Part shown: in pieces, positions 50,135 through 64,000 of the stretch | Layout of the letters: each line of letters begins with the position of its first letter | How positions within the stretch are numbered: the stretch's first letter is position 1 | From: Mobula hypostoma | Taxonomy: Eukaryota | Direction of reading: 5' to 3' | Assembly: GCF_963921235.1 (NCBI RefSeq) | Contig: NC_086108.1 | Location: 98,582,001-98,646,000, forward strand | DNA length: 64,000 nt | Translations under genes and position numbers: made by a program | The notes under the pieces: model-generated | What the model saw: the letters and a program-made list of their open reading frames with translations, nothing else | Told to the model about the DNA's origin: nothing | Databases searched by the model: none

Positions 50135-51268
50135 GTAAGTTCTCATTTGTCTCATTTAACAGGCTCTAAGATAAGCACACAAATTCACAGAGAATGAAGG
50201 GATTTAAAACCATGAAATATAGGGGCAGAATTAGGCCATTTGTCCCATCGAGTCTACCTCACCATTTCATCATGGCTGATTCTTTTCCTTCTCAGCCCCA
50301 ATATCCTGCTTTCTTCCCTGTAGTTCTTCATGCCCTGACCAATCAATAATCCATCAACTTCTGCCTTAAATATACCCAATGACTTGGCCTCCACAGCTGC
50401 CTGTGGCAATGAATTCCACAGATTCACCACTCTCTGCCTACAGAAATTCCTCCTCATCTCTGTTGTAAAAGGACACTCCTGTATTCTGAGGCTGTGTCCT
50501 CTGGTCCTTGATATCCTCTGCACATCCACTCTATCAAGGCCTTTCACTATTCGATCAGTTTCACCCCTCATTCTTCTGAATTCTAGTGGATACAGGCACA
50601 GAGCCATCAAACGCTCCTCCAATGACAAGCCATTCAATCATTTTCGTGGAGCTCCTTTGAACCCTCTACAGTTTCAGCACATCCTTTCTAAGGGGCCCAA
50701 AACTGCTCACAACACTCCCAGTGAGGCCTCACCAGTGTTTTATAAAGTCTCAGCATTATATCCTTGCTTTTATATTCTATATTTATATAGACCATGTGTG
50801 GGCAGAAAGGACTAGCTTAGTAAGGTTAATGAGTTTAGCACACAATTGTGGGCCAAAGGGCCCGTTCCTGTTCTATACTGTTGTATGGCTGTAGCTGAGT
50901 TCAGTGTTTAGTATTGAGTACTGAAATGATGCATTATAGTATCTGAGGAAAGTTGTGAAATATTTGTTCGTGACGTTGGCAGAACTCTACCCTGCATGGC
51001 TTGAAATCTCAATAAACCAACTGAGATGTAATTATACTGGTGAGCCACTAACTATACCATTTGTAAAGTAGCACATACAGACCAAGCAACTCACAAAATG
51101 CTGGAGGAACTCAGCAAGACAGGCAGCATCTATGGAGAGGAATAAACAGTTGACATTTCGGACCGAGACCCTTCATCAAGACTGTGGTCTTCTGTTGCTG
51201 GAGCCCACCCACTTCAGGTTTCAACAGGTTCTGCGACAGTGACTTAAATAACCATGCCTTTCAACAGT

Positions 51269-52472
51269 AACATAGAAACATAGAAAATAGGTGCAGGAGT
51301 AGGCCATTCGGCCCTTTGAGCCTGCACCGCCATTCAGTATGATCATGGCTGATCATCCAACTCAGAACCCTGTACCAGCCTTCCCTCCATGCCCCCTGAT
51401 CCCTTTAGCCACAAGGGCCATATCTAACTCCCTCTTAAATATAGCCAATGAACTGGCCTCAACTGTTTCCTGGCAGAGAATTCCACAGATTCACCACTCT
51501 CTGTGTGAAGAAGTTTTTCCTCATCTCCGTCCTAAAGGCTTCCCCTTTATCCTCAAACTGTGACCCCTCGTTCTGGACTTCCCCAACATCGGGAACAATC
51601 TTCCTGCATCTAGCCTGTCCAATCCCTTTAGAATTTTATACGTGTCAATAAGATCCCCCCTCAATCTTCTAAATTCCAACGAGTATAAGCCTAGTTCATC
51701 CAGTCTTTCATCATATGAAAGCCCTGCCATCCCAGGAATCAATCTGGTGAACCTTCTTTGTACTCCCTCTATGGCAAGGATGTCTTTCCTCAGATTAGGG
51801 GACCAAAACTGCACATAATACTCCAGGTGTGGTCTCACCAAGGCCTTGTACAACTGCAGTAGTACCTCCCTGCTCCTGTACTCGAATCCTCTTGCTATAA
51901 ATGCCAGCATACCATTCGCCTTTTTCACCGCCTGCTGTACCTGCATGCCCACTTTCAATGACTGGTGTATAATGACACCCAGGTCTCGTTGCACCTCCCC
52001 TTTTCCTAATCGGCCACTGTTCAGATAATAATCTGTTTTCCTGTTTTTGCCACCAAAGTGGATAACTTCACATTTATCCACATTAAATTGCATCTGCCAT
52101 GAATTTGCCCACTCACCTAATCTATCCAAGTCACCCTGCATCCTCTTAGCATCCTCCTCACAGCTAACACTGCCGCCCAGCTTCGTGTCATCCACAAACT
52201 TGGAGATGCTGCATTAATTCCCTCATCAAGTCATTAATATATATTGTAAACAACTGGGGTCCCAGCACTGAGCCTTGCGGTACCCCACTAGTCACTGCCT
52301 GCCATTCTGAAAAGGTCCCGTTTATTCCCACTCTTTGCTTCCTGTCTGTCAACCAATTCTCTATCCACATCAATACCTTAACCCCAATACCGTGTGCTTT
52401 AAGTTTGCACACTAATCTCCTGTGTGGGACCTTGTCAAAAGCCTTTTGAAAATCCAAATATACCACATCCAC
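51269..52472 (-). mobile_element. CR1 3' fragment (family of 21341-23080)
   Basis: ORFs 51521-52195 and 52188-52553 carry [19 protein letters not shown] and DDTKLGG. Confidence 0.93.
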
Positions 52473-53334
52473 AGTAGTGTGCAGAGGAGCATCTCCGAAC
52501 GCACAACAGATCGAATATTGAAGTGGATGGGTTACAGCAGCAGAAGACCACACTGGGTTCCACTCATGTACCTAATAAAGTTGCCGGTCAGTGGTGTAGT
52601 CCCATCTGCACCAGACTTCAAGGCGAGTGGTCCCGGGTTCGAATCCGGCCAGCTCCTTGCATGCTTTCCATCCATGCTGGATTGAACGTCAAGCTAGCTA
52701 CTCGACCTCGTAAAAGAGGAGACAAAATGCTCAAGAGAGGAAGGGCAAGTAAAGGTAAAGCATGTTGGGGATGTGCATTGGGCTAGTTCAAAGGGACCTT
52801 AGCTTGGTAGATTGTGGGAAAGGTTTAGAATTAGTTTGGTTAAAGTAGAAGTTGATTAAGACCTGCAAATAGTGGTGCAAGGTCATATGGTAATGAGAGG
52901 GGACTTTCATCCACACAGGGACTGAGTCAAATTGGTAATAGCAATGCGGAGGATGCATTTCTGAAATCTAGACAAGGTTATTCTTGCTGTTATCTAAAAA
53001 ATAATCCAACTAGGTAAAAGTCTGTTATGGATTTACCTGTATATTATGAGAATGGGTCAATTAATAACCTTGTTGTAACCATGGCCCCTAGAAAAGATCC
53101 ACCGAATCTTGAAAGAATTTTGCGTTTGAAAATTATTGTAGTTCAATCAGAAATCGGGCTTTTCGATATAAACAAAGGAAGCTGTCAAAGGTGGGAGGGG
53201 ATGTCGCAGTGTAGATTAATTTCAGATTCAGATTTGTTCATCACATGTACATGGAAACACTTACAGCAATGTGTCATTTTGTATTAACAACCAGCACACC
53301 CAAGGATGTGCTGAGGGCAGCCTGCAAGTGTCGA

Positions 53335-53499
<165 letters not shown>

Positions 53500-55035
53500 C
53501 CAACCCCACGCCAGGCTGCCTCCAGGCCTTGGCCCTGAACACTCAGATTCACAAATATTGGGCCTCTAGCCACCCCCCCCCCAGTCTCTGGGCCGGACAT
53601 TAGGCCTTTGACCACCCCAGGACTCGCCAATCCTGGGATACAAGCAATGGGAAGTTTTGCAGTTACCCAGGGGCAGAAGAGAAGATTTGGTCAGGCCTTT
53701 CATGTTAGATGCATGACCAAGAATAGTTGAAAAACATTTTCAATTCATTCACAAGATGTGAATGTGCCTAGCTGGACCAACACTTAATGTCCATCTCAGA
53801 CACCTGGGCTGGATCAGTTCAGTGTGCACATAAGGAGAGAAAAGCTGAAGAACAGGAATAGACCATGAAATCCCTCAAATCTGCCCCACTGCTTAGTGTG
53901 ATCAAGGCTGATCTATGCCTCCCTATGTTTCCCCTTCTGAGCCATTTCTACATAGTTCTTAATTCCCTGATCTTTCCAAAAACAATCTATTTCCTTTTTA
54001 AATACCCCAGTGATCTCGCTCTCTCAACCCTTGGGGTTAGAGGTTCAGAGCTCTCTGCAGGAAGCTCCTCCACACATCAGTTTTAAGTAATTGTCCCATA
54101 ATCTTGTAACCATGTCCTTTCCTTCATGGTTCTCCCATTAATGGAAGCAACTTGGCATCTACCCTGTCCTGCCTCCCCTAAGGGATGCCCTTTTCTCACT
54201 GTTACCATCAGGTAGGAGATACAGAAGCCTGAAGGCACACACTCAGCGATTCAAGAACAGCTTCTTCCCCTCTGTGATCCGATTCTTAAATGGACATTGA
54301 AGCTTTGGACACTACCTCACTTTTTTTAATATACAGTATTTTCTGTTGTTGCACATTTAAAAAAAATCTATTCAATATATGTAATTGATTTACTTGTTTA
54401 TTTATTATGTTTTTTTTTCTCTCTCTCTCTGCTAGATTATGTATTGCATTGAACTGCTGCTGCTAAGTTAACAAATTTCACGTCACATGCCAGTGATAAT
54501 AAACCTCCATCTCAATGGCAACAGTAAAAAAGTCACACAGGGCATTACAGTTTCCTCCGGTGACGGAATTGTTCAGGCTATATGTTTAGAAATCTCTTAG
54601 AAAATGAGTTAATTCTAGGTTTTTTTAAAGAAGTATTTCACAAATAAATTCGTCAGTTCTTTGCCCCATTTGGCCGCCTCTCCAAATACATTGTTTTAGA
54701 ACTGGTTTTTGTTATGCACTCTGCTGAACATTGTGGGCATGTGTTAGATATGTGGGTTTTGACCATAGGAAAAGTGCAAGAGTGTTTATTAGGTGTATCG
54801 TAAATCAAACTTACTAAAATAGCAAAAAGAAAACTGGCAATATTTACAAAAAGACACTTACCAGAAAACATAATAATAGCTCCATAATAGCACTGTGGTT
54901 GTTCACAATTAATGCCTTCTCACATGAAATGGGAACCTGAATCCTTATTATAGCCAATTAATTACTATCCATCGACTAGAGCTAATATACTTTTGATGCT
55001 GATAACTTGTTACTCTGCTTTGTCTTTCACACAAG

Positions 55036-55185
55036 GGTCATCCTCTGTTAGTGAAGGCACTAGCTGAACTATACGGACATGTTTGTGGACGATCGATCAA
55101 TCCGAATAAAGATATTGTGGTAACAGCGGGCGGGTACGGTTCTCTCTCACACTCCATACTCGGATTCATAGATGAAGGAGATGAG
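55036..55185 (+). CDS. KYAT3: KYAT3-like exon [50 protein letters not shown]
   Basis: aag acceptor after a pyrimidine tract and gtaaaa donor; 150 nt, phase 0/0; matches GHPSLVKAL...ILVTVGAYGSL...IDEGDE. Confidence 0.95.
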
Positions 55186-56461
55186 GTAAAAAAGCAAACG
55201 ATTAAATTGTTTTCCCACGCAGGTTCAATTCTTTGATGTGATTGTGTATTGTTCATATTAAACTCAGGCAGCACTGTTTTTCCACTAGTTGCTAAATAGA
55301 TTGAATAGACTGAGCCCTGTGACCTGGGACGGTCCAGGCAGTGCTCTTATCTCATCTAGAACATGTTGGTTTTAGTTTGGTGCCATTCTCACAGACCTAG
55401 ACTACTGAGGCTATCCATAGTCCTCAAATTTCTACTGTTTAGATGCCAAGTTGAGGCCCCTCTCAACTGCATGTAAAAAAAATTCAGATACCCTGTCTGA
55501 TTCAGTGGCCCAGCTAGTAGAGCTACTATCTCACAGCTCTGGGAGGTCAGGTTTGATCCTGACTCTACTGGTTATTGTTCGTCTGGAAATTTGCAGTTTT
55601 CCTGTAACTTAGAGTAGGTTGATAGATCAAAGTTTTATAGTAAAATTTATTATCAGAGTACATGCGTCACCACATACAACCCTGAGATTCTTTTCCTGCG
55701 GGCATACACATAGTAGGTTAAAAGATCAGCACAAGATCGTGGGCTGAAGGGCCTGTCCCTGTTAACTGCAGTCAAATGCTCCATCCAGCTTCTCCCGTGT
55801 CCCAAAAATATTCAGGCTGATAATTGGATAAGTAAGAGGCAGAATCTGGGACAGGGGAAGTCACTGAGTCGTTATCATTATTAAGTGCCGTATCGTATGA
55901 CGTGGGTGATCATGGTCCCAAGACCATAGTTGCCCTTGGCAAATTTTTCTACAGAAGTTGTTTGCCATTACCTTCTTCTGGGCGGTGTCTTTACAAGATG
56001 GGTGACCCCAGCTGTTATCAGCACTCTTCAGAGATTGTCTGCCTGGCATCAGTGGTCGCATAACCAGGACTTGTGATATGCACCAGCTGCTCGTACGACC
56101 ACCCACCACCTGCTCCCATGGCTTCACGTGACCCTGATTGGGAGATGGGGTGGGGGGGGGAGAGCAGGTGCCACGGCTTGCCCAAGGGTGACCTGCAGGC
56201 TAGAAGAGGGAAGGAGCACCTTACCCCTCCTTTGGTAGAGACATATCTCCAATCCATCATCTGGATTACTATATATGCCAGCAAGAAAACAAATCTTGGG
56301 GCTGTATATGGTGATGTACCATAAATTCCGGTGTATAAGCTGACAACCCCCCCCCCCCATTTTAAGGTTAAAAAAAGTGACCTTTTCATGTTTCCTTTGT
56401 ATAAGCTGACTCCTTGTGTAGAGGTTTTTGATTTAACCAGAAAAGATCACAAGATCTCACA

Positions 56462-57372
56462 TGCCGGGTGGCAGTGTGAAATGTGAGGAGGATGTGATGA
56501 GAATGCAGGGTGACTTGGACAGGCTGGGTGAGTGGGCAGATGCATGGCAGATGCAGTTTAATGTGGATAAATGTGAGATTATCCACTTTGGTGGTAAGAA
56601 CAGGAAGGCAGATTATTATCTAAATGGAGTCAAGTTAGGAAAAGGGGAAGTACAATGAGATCTAGGTGTTCTTGTACATCAGTCACTGAAAGCAAGCATG
56701 CAAGTACAGCAGGCTGTGAAGAAAGCTAATGGCATGCTGGCCTTCATAACAAGGGGACTTGAGTACAAGAGCAAAGAGGTCCTTCTGCAGCTGTACAGAG
56801 CCCTGGTGAGACCACACCTGGAGTACTGTGTGCAGTTTTGGTCTCCAAATTTGAGGAAGGACATTCTTGCTATTGAGGGAGTGCAGTGTAGGTTCACAAG
56901 GTTAATTCCCAGGATGGCGGGACTGTCATATGTCAAAAGATTGGAGTGACTGGGCTTGTATACTCTGGAATTTAGAAGGCTGAGAGGGGATCTTATTGAA
57001 ACATATAAGATTATTAAGGGATTGGACACGCTGGAGGCAGGAAGCATGTTCCCGCTGATGGGTGAGTCCAGAACCAGAGGCCACAGTTTAATAACAAGGG
57101 GTAGGCCATTTAGAACGGAGTTGAGAAAAAACTTTTTCACCCAGAGAGTGGTGGCTATATGGAATGTTCTGCCCCAGAAGGCTGTGGAGGCCAAATCTCT
57201 GGATGCTTTCAAGAAAGAGATGGATAGAGCTCTTAAAGATAGTGGAATCAAAGGTTATAGGGATAAGGCAGGAACTGGATACTGATTGTGGATGATCAGC
57301 CATGATCACAGTGAATGGCGGTGCTGGCTCAAAGGGCCGAATGGCCTACTCATGCACCTATTGTCTATTGTC
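56462..57372 (+). mobile_element. CR1 3' fragment nested in the pogo element
   Basis: WQMQFNVDKC and RPHLEYCVQFWSP; tail ctattgtctattgtct. Confidence 0.9.
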
Positions 57373-58231
57373 TGTGCTGGTACTCGGCTTTGCTGAATCC
57401 GGAACCTGGAAATTTTGTGAACCAGTACCTGGTAAGAAAATAGGCCTACGCATTGTAGGGCATTATAAGCAAATTCTTAATAAATAAATCAGGGAGGGAA
57501 GTTTTGGATTAGGTGTCCAATGGTAAAGGATCCTCTGAAATGTAACCCCCGTGAAACCATTTAGCGCCCATCGTAATCTCATTAAAACATAACATGGGGT
57601 GGCGGGATCAGTACGTGTACTCAGTATTGAGCTTGCAACCACCATGTACAAAAGATTAAAACAAATGCGATATGATGCTGGCTTCAAGCTGAAGGTTGTT
57701 GATTTTACTAAAGGAACGAATATTCTGCAGCTGCTAAGAAGTTTAGTGTAAACGAGAAATAAGTGAGAGAGTGGAGAAAGGCAGAGGACACGCTGAGGGA
57801 AATGCCAAAGACGAAATGTGCAAACCGCGGGAAAACATGCCAGTGGCCAGAACTGGAAGAAGTAGTTTTAGAGTGGGTGAATCACCAGCGATCGTCTGGA
57901 TACATTGTTACCAGAGAAATAATTCGAGTTCAAGTGTTGAAAAACACTATGAAGTCAGTGAAAATTTCAAAGCTACGCGAAGTTGGTGCACCTGATTTAT
58001 GAATAGACGTGATCTTGTGTTGAGACAAATAAACAAAGATTGCTCAGAAGTTGCCGAGCGACCTTGAGAATAAGATTACGACCTTCTAATCGTTTGTGAT
58101 CAAGCATCGAAAGGCACATTCTTACCCGCTCTCACTGATTGGTAACATGGACGAGACACCAATGTTCTTTGATTTTGCTGGTAACTGCACTGTCAATCAG
58201 AAGGGGGAGAAAACAGTCCTTGTCAAAACAA

Positions 58232-58710
58232 GAAGTTCAGAAGTTGAACTTTTGATCCTCGATTTGACTTTGAGAAAAGGTGGGGCTCCTTTGCCTGCTA
58301 CTATCATTTGATTTGAGTTAATTAAGATGGTTCCTTTCTGATTCTTGGGTAAATGGATTTGGTTGGCGGATTGGTATCTTTTTTTTCAATAGAAGTTTGA
58401 AAATAGAAGCGTATAGCTCCAGATTTGTGCTCCAAATGGGTTTTTTTCTTGTTTCTTTTTGTTTGTTAGTTGGGGTTTTTTTTGTTTTAGTTAGTAGGGG
58501 CTCTTTTTTCCTTCTTTCTTTTTTCAAAAAATATAGCTTTAACATTTTGTTTTTCTTAATTATTATTATTGATATACTGTTTAGTTTGATTAATAGTTTG
58601 ACTCTTATTATACTTACTGATATATTGACTTGATTATTTTAATGTATTTTCCTTTGTCAATTTTCAATAATAATTAATAAAAAGATTTAAAAATGAAAAT
58701 GAAAAAAAAA
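58232..58710 (+). mobile_element. L1-like 3' end nested in the pogo transposase
   Basis: T-rich 3' UTR, AATAAA and A-tail interrupt the transposase between VLVKT and TGHKKQHFT. Confidence 0.7.
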
Positions 58711-61250
58711 TACAACTGGACACAAGAAGCAACATTTTACCGTCGTGTCAACGTGTATGGCTCATGGGACCAAACTACCACTGATGGTGATTTTTAAGAG
58801 GAAAACATTCCCAAAGAAAGAAAAATTCCTGCAGGGTGTTGTTGTTTATGTTCAAGAACGCGGCTGGATGGACGAAGCTGGTTGCTTGAAGTGGGTTAAA
58901 GAGGTGTGGTGTTGACGCCCCGAAGGTTTCAGGAAGGAAAAGTCGCTACTTGTCTGGGACATGTTCAAAGTGCACTTGTCAGGTGAGACAAAAGCAGCAC
59001 TGAAAGCCGAAAATATGGATATTGCAGTCATCCCCGGTGGTTTGACGCCTGTGCTCCAGCCACAGGTGTGAGTTTAAACAAACCATTCAAAGAATTCATG
59101 TGTCGACAGTGGAACGAATGGATGATGTCTGGAAATCATTCATTCACTCCAGCGGGAAATATGAGGGCTGCACCTCTAGCTACAGTTTGTGAGTGGGTAG
59201 TGCAATCTGGGAGGAAATGAAGGCCGATTGCATTGTGAAGTGCAACATCAGCAATGCTTTGGATGACACTGAAGATCATTTGCTTTGGAAAGAAGATGAT
59301 GGAGATTTGGCAGCCAGTAAAGCTGCAAATGACGATGTCGAAGCAGAAATTGACAATCCTTACGATTATTTCTTTTGTGTAGATTTCATAAGCGTTAGTA
59401 TTTTCTTTTGTATTTGACTCAAAAACAGTCAATAAATACGACCTGCCTTCCGTGTATTCATTTTTCCAAAGTTGGCACCCTCTGTATAAGCCGACCCCCT
59501 AATTTTAGGACCAAAATTTAGGGCCAAATTCTCGGCGTATACACCGGAATTTACGGTAAATGTAATTTGATAATAAATTTACTTTGAACATTGATGAGAA
59601 TATGGAATTCCATCAATGGAATGATTAAAATGAGTCAATTCATCTTATCCTGATGAAGGGTCTTGGCCCAGAACATCAACTGCTTATTCCCTTCCATAGA
59701 TGCTGCCTGCCCTGTTGAGTTCCTTCAGCATTTTGTGCGTGATACTCTGGATTTTCAGCATCTGTGGAATTTTTTGTGCTTATGATTAAAATGGGTGTTT
59801 GATGGTCCATGAGGATTTGTTTGTCCAAAGGGCTTGTTCCCATATTATTATTTCCCTAGCAAATTGTGTTAGCTGTTTACCGGTACTGCACACTACATGC
59901 ATTTTGAGTTATATTTTATTAACTTATTTGTGGTAATTTTTTTTATGAGCTGTGTATAATATATGATTTGTGGGTGCACTGCGGTCCAGAGGAACGTCGT
60001 TTTGTTTGGTTGTATATATATATGCAGTTGGATGACAATAAACTTGAACTTGATTCCAAGAACAAATTGCTGCACTGGCATCCTGTTCAATATTTATTCC
60101 TAAACCAGTATCAATATAATAATTTCTTTCCTTCAATGGTTGGACTATATGACAAAGCAGCCATTCGACCCATCAAGTCTGCTCCATCATTTATTCATGC
60201 TTGTTCTGTTTCTTAAACCCCATTCTCCTGCCTACCTGTAACTCTTAGCCCACTTGCTAGTGAGAGCTCATCAATGCCTGACTTAACTACACCCAGTGAC
60301 TTGGCCTCCACAGCCTTTTGTGACAGCGAATTCCACAGATTCACACCTCTGGCTGAAGAAGTTCCTTCATGTCTCAGGTTCTTGCCCTCAGACTCATGTA
60401 CTTCCTTTTGACGGAAGCATCCTCTCCATGTCCACTGTGTCCAGGCCTCTCAATATCTGGTGGATATCAGTGAGAATCCCCTGATCTTTCTAAACTCCAT
60501 CCAGGGACATTGAACACTCCTTGGCAGTCTAGAAGCCAGTTGTCTGCTCTAGTTAGACCATAAGACCACAAGTCAAAGGAACAGAATTTGACCATTTGGC
60601 CCATCGATTCCACTCTGCCATTCCATCCTGGCTGCTACCAATTTCAACTCCATTCTCCTGCCTTTTCCCCGTAACCATTGATGCTCTTACTAATTAAGAA
60701 CCTATCAACCTCCACTTTTATTATACCCAATAACTTGGCCTCCACAGATGTCTGTGGCAAAGAATTCCACAGATTCACCTCCCTCTGGCTAAAGAAATTC
60801 CTCATCTCTGTTCGAACAGTTCATCCTTCTATTCTGAAGCTGTGCCCTCTGGTCCTAGACTCACCCACTATAGAAAACATCCTCTCTGCATCCACTTTGT
60901 ATAGGCCTTCGATAGGTTCTAATGAGATCCCCCTCATTCTTCTAAACTCCAGCAAGTACAGGCCCTTAGCCATATAGTTGACTATATTGCACCTATCTTG
61001 GCCTGAAACATTGATTTTTTTTTCCCCCCAATCCTGTCCATAGATACTACCTAAACCTCTGAGTTCCTCCAGCATTTTGTGTGTATTGCTCCAGATTTCC
61101 TGCATCTGCTGAATCTCTTGTGTTTATAATAATTCTGTAGCCTGGATAGCTTCACCTTGTCCTGAGAATGTGAAAATATGTTTAATTCTACTTTGCATTT
61201 TTCTGGATATTTATTCTGAGTACTTGAAATTGCTCGATTTTAATTTTCAG

Positions 61251-61337
61251 GTGATAATCATTGAGCCGTTTTTTAACTGTTACGAACCAATGGTTAAAAT
61301 GGCTGGAGGGGTCCCTGTCTTCATTGCTTTAAAACCT
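61251..61337 (+). CDS. KYAT3: KYAT3-like exon [29 protein letters not shown]
   Basis: ttttcag acceptor and gtgagt donor; 87 nt, phase 0/0; matches the PF(F/Y)DCYEPMVxMAG..PVF motif. Confidence 0.95.
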
Positions 61338-62757
61338 GTGAGTATTTAATCGGTTGCAAAATACATTTACCGTCTTAAAGATAGGTTTGGCAGTGTATTG
61401 TGTTGTGCTTGCATGAGAAAAAAATCATTTTGAAGTAATAGCGATAGAAATCATTAAAATTTGTGACACCATTTGGTCTATTGTATGTACGTGTGATGGA
61501 GAGCGCTTGGTAAACGCACTCCTTATGCACGCACGCACACGTGCGCACAGCCTTATCATTCTGCTATTGGTGCACTGAGTGTGCACACTTCAATGTCTAC
61601 CACCCCTGCCCCCGCCCATAGCAGGTTGACTTTATGGTGCTTTCCCCACCATATATGGTGGAGTATTCTTTTGCTTTAGTAATGGGGATGTGTAAATGTG
61701 TTTACGTTGTTTATATGCTGTAATGTAGATACTTCTGTTTATTTTGTAATATGATGTAACTACATTTTGTGGGGTGCATCATATTCTCATTCATGTGTAG
61801 CCTTAAGTTAACTTTGTGGCTAATTAAAATTGGTATGTCCCGGTGCCGGAAAAAAAAAAGGGGGTGGTTCGCTCTCAGTCACAGAGAGAGATCGGGGCTG
61901 CCGGAAGTTCAGGCTGGACGAAGTATGGAACTGTTATTGTGTTTTCTGATAGATACTTTCTGTAAATATTGGCAGTTTTCTTTTCACCATTTTCGCTAAT
62001 TTTTGTGAGTTTGATTTTTGATGCATGTAATAAGCACCCTTGCACTATAGTGCTAAGCGACCAAAGCCATTTTTTCTTCGGTTGTAACCCGCATATCTAA
62101 CAGTATGTAACCCCAAAATTGAACTATTTAAGCTATTTGCACCTCTAAGCCTTTTATTCAAGTTCCTTTTATTCAACTTATAAATGTAATTAAGGTTCAC
62201 CCTTTTATACAGCACAGAAACGTGCCCGTGTCAACCGAGCCGCCAACCTGAGCGAATCCCATTTGCCCAAGTTAAGCCCACATCTCTCTAAGCCTTTCCC
62301 ATCCAGGTACCTGTACAAACATCTTTGCAACATGATAATTATACCCACCTCTACTGCTTTCTCTGCCAGTTTGTTCCACATAGCCATCACAGTCTGTATA
62401 AAACCTTGTCCCTCCAATCCCTTTTTAAGTCTTTTCTCTCCCACCCTAAACCCTTGCCCTTTATTTCTACACTGGGGAAAAGACTGTGACTGTTTACCTT
62501 ATCAATTCCCTCATGGTTTTGCGTCAGGGTCTTAGCAGTTCCAAACATGCCATTCCTTAGATGAGAATGTTTTTCTTTGACTTTCTATTCATTTTCTGGA
62601 ATGAACATGACCAGATTCAGAATCACATGGTGAAATGTATCATTTGCATTAGCAACCAGCACAACCTTAGGATGCACTGGGGGTTGCCTGCAGGTATCAT
62701 CACACATTCCGGCATCAACATAGCATGTCCATGTGCTTGCAACACTGTGTGTCCGAC

Positions 62758-63712
62758 AGAGTGATCAGCAACACTAGGGCTCCATAGGGGACTGTCTTGT
62801 CTCCCTTTCTCTTCACCGTTTACACCTCGGACTTCAACTACTGCACAGAGTCTTGTCATCTTCAGAAGTTATCGGATGACTCTGCCATAGTTGGATGCAT
62901 CGGCAAGGGAGATGAGGCAGAGTACAGGGCTACGGTAGGAAACTTTGTCACATGGTGTGAGCAGAATTATCTGCAGCTTAATGTGAAAAAGACTAAGGAG
63001 CTGGTGGTAGACCTGAGGAGAGCTAGGGTACCAGCGACCCCTGTTTCCATCCAGGGGGTCAGTGTGGACATGCTGGAGGATTACAAATACCTGGGGATAC
63101 GAATTGACAATAAATTGGACTGGTCAAAGAACACTGAGGCTGTCTACCAGAAGGATCAGAGCTGTCTCTATTTCCTGAGGAGACGGAGGTCCTTTAACAT
63201 CTGCTGGACAATGCTGAGGATGTTCTACGAGTCTGTGGTGGCCAGTGCGATCATGTTTGCTGTTGTGTGCTGGGCAGGCTGAGGGTAGCAGACACCAACA
63301 GAATCAACAAACTCATTCGTAAGGCCAGTGATGTTGTGGGGTTGGAACTGGACTCTGGTGATTTTTGAAAGAGAATGCTGTCCAAGTTGCATGCCATCTT
63401 GGACAATGTCTCCCATCCACTACATAATGTACTGGTTGGGCACAAGAGTACATTCAGCCAGAGATTCATTCCACCGCGATGCAACACAGAGCGTCATAGG
63501 AAGTCATTCCTGCCTATGGCCATCAAACTTTACAACTCCTCCCTTGGAGGGTCAGACACCCTGAGCCAATAAGCTGGTCCTGGACTTATTTCCTGGCATA
63601 ATTTAAATACTACTATTTAACTATTTATGGTTTTATTACTATTATTTATGGTGCAACTGTAACGAAAACCAATTTCCCCCAGGATCAATAAAGTATGACT
63701 ATGACTATGATT
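62758..63712 (+). mobile_element. Rex1/Babar-type LINE 3' fragment
   Basis: LSPFLFTVYTSD, SDDSAIVG and YKYLG; tail aataaagtatgactatgactatga. Confidence 0.88.
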
Positions 63713-63814
63713 ATGTCCACAAAGTTCACTGAACAACACAGCAACAGTAACAACTACAAGTTCCATTCCTCCCTCTCACCCACCCACCGAAACCCAGAAC
63801 ACTATCCCAAAGGA

Positions 63815-64000
63815 GAATGGCATGGGTGCCAGGGTCTGCGATATCTCGGATTGAGTTCTCAGTATTCTCAAGAGGAAGGGTGAGCAGCCAGATGCCGTGG
63901 TCCATGTAGGGACCAATGACGTTGGTAGGAAGAGTGAAGAGGTTCTGAAAGGTGAGTTTAGGGAGTTAGGCGCCAAATTAAAGGATAGGACCTCCAGGAT
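63815..64000 (+). mobile_element. CR1 ORF1 (SGNH-like) fragment running off the window end
   Basis: GEQPDAVVHVGTNDVGRK...EFRELGAKLKDRTSR, homologous to 32232-33086. Confidence 0.8.

Larger units (their letters stand above)
56319..59556 (+). mobile_element. pogo/Tc2-type DNA transposon with degenerate transposase (about 57644-59390)
   Basis: TIRs CC(A/G)TAAATTCCGGTGTATA with TA duplications at 56317-56318 and 59557-59558; YDAGFKLKVV, WPELEEVVLEWV, GNMDETPMFFD, LLVWDMF and IPGGLT motifs. Confidence 0.88.

Overview
Eukaryotic, repeat-dominated genomic DNA, most likely from a cartilaginous fish (inferred from the mix of CR1, Penelope, Rex/Babar, L1 and V-SINE/HE1-type repeats). The only host gene I can support is the 5' half of a + strand kynurenine aminotransferase of the KYAT3/CCBL2 type. 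It has a probable mitochondrial-presequence exon (39521-39623) and coding exons at 46002-46060, 49984-50134, 55036-55185 and 61251-61337; no later exons were found, so the gene presumably continues beyond the window. Most of the rest is nested transposons: a TSD-bounded full-length L1, an L1-in-L1-in-CR1 stack, many CR1 copies (one with an intact 960-aa ORF2), Penelope elements and short Penelope terminal-repeat derivatives carrying minimal hammerhead-ribozyme motifs, Rex/Babar LINEs, SINEs, a pogo/Tc2-type transposon and a hAT-like element. The most unusual structure is a single insertion (29239-33401) splitting a Penelope element. It consists of a phospholipase C-delta PH-domain fragment, a 30-bp minisatellite and an intact-ORF2 CR1, and looks like a host-gene-capturing chimeric retrotranscript. 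All family assignments come from motif recognition by eye; no database searches were run.
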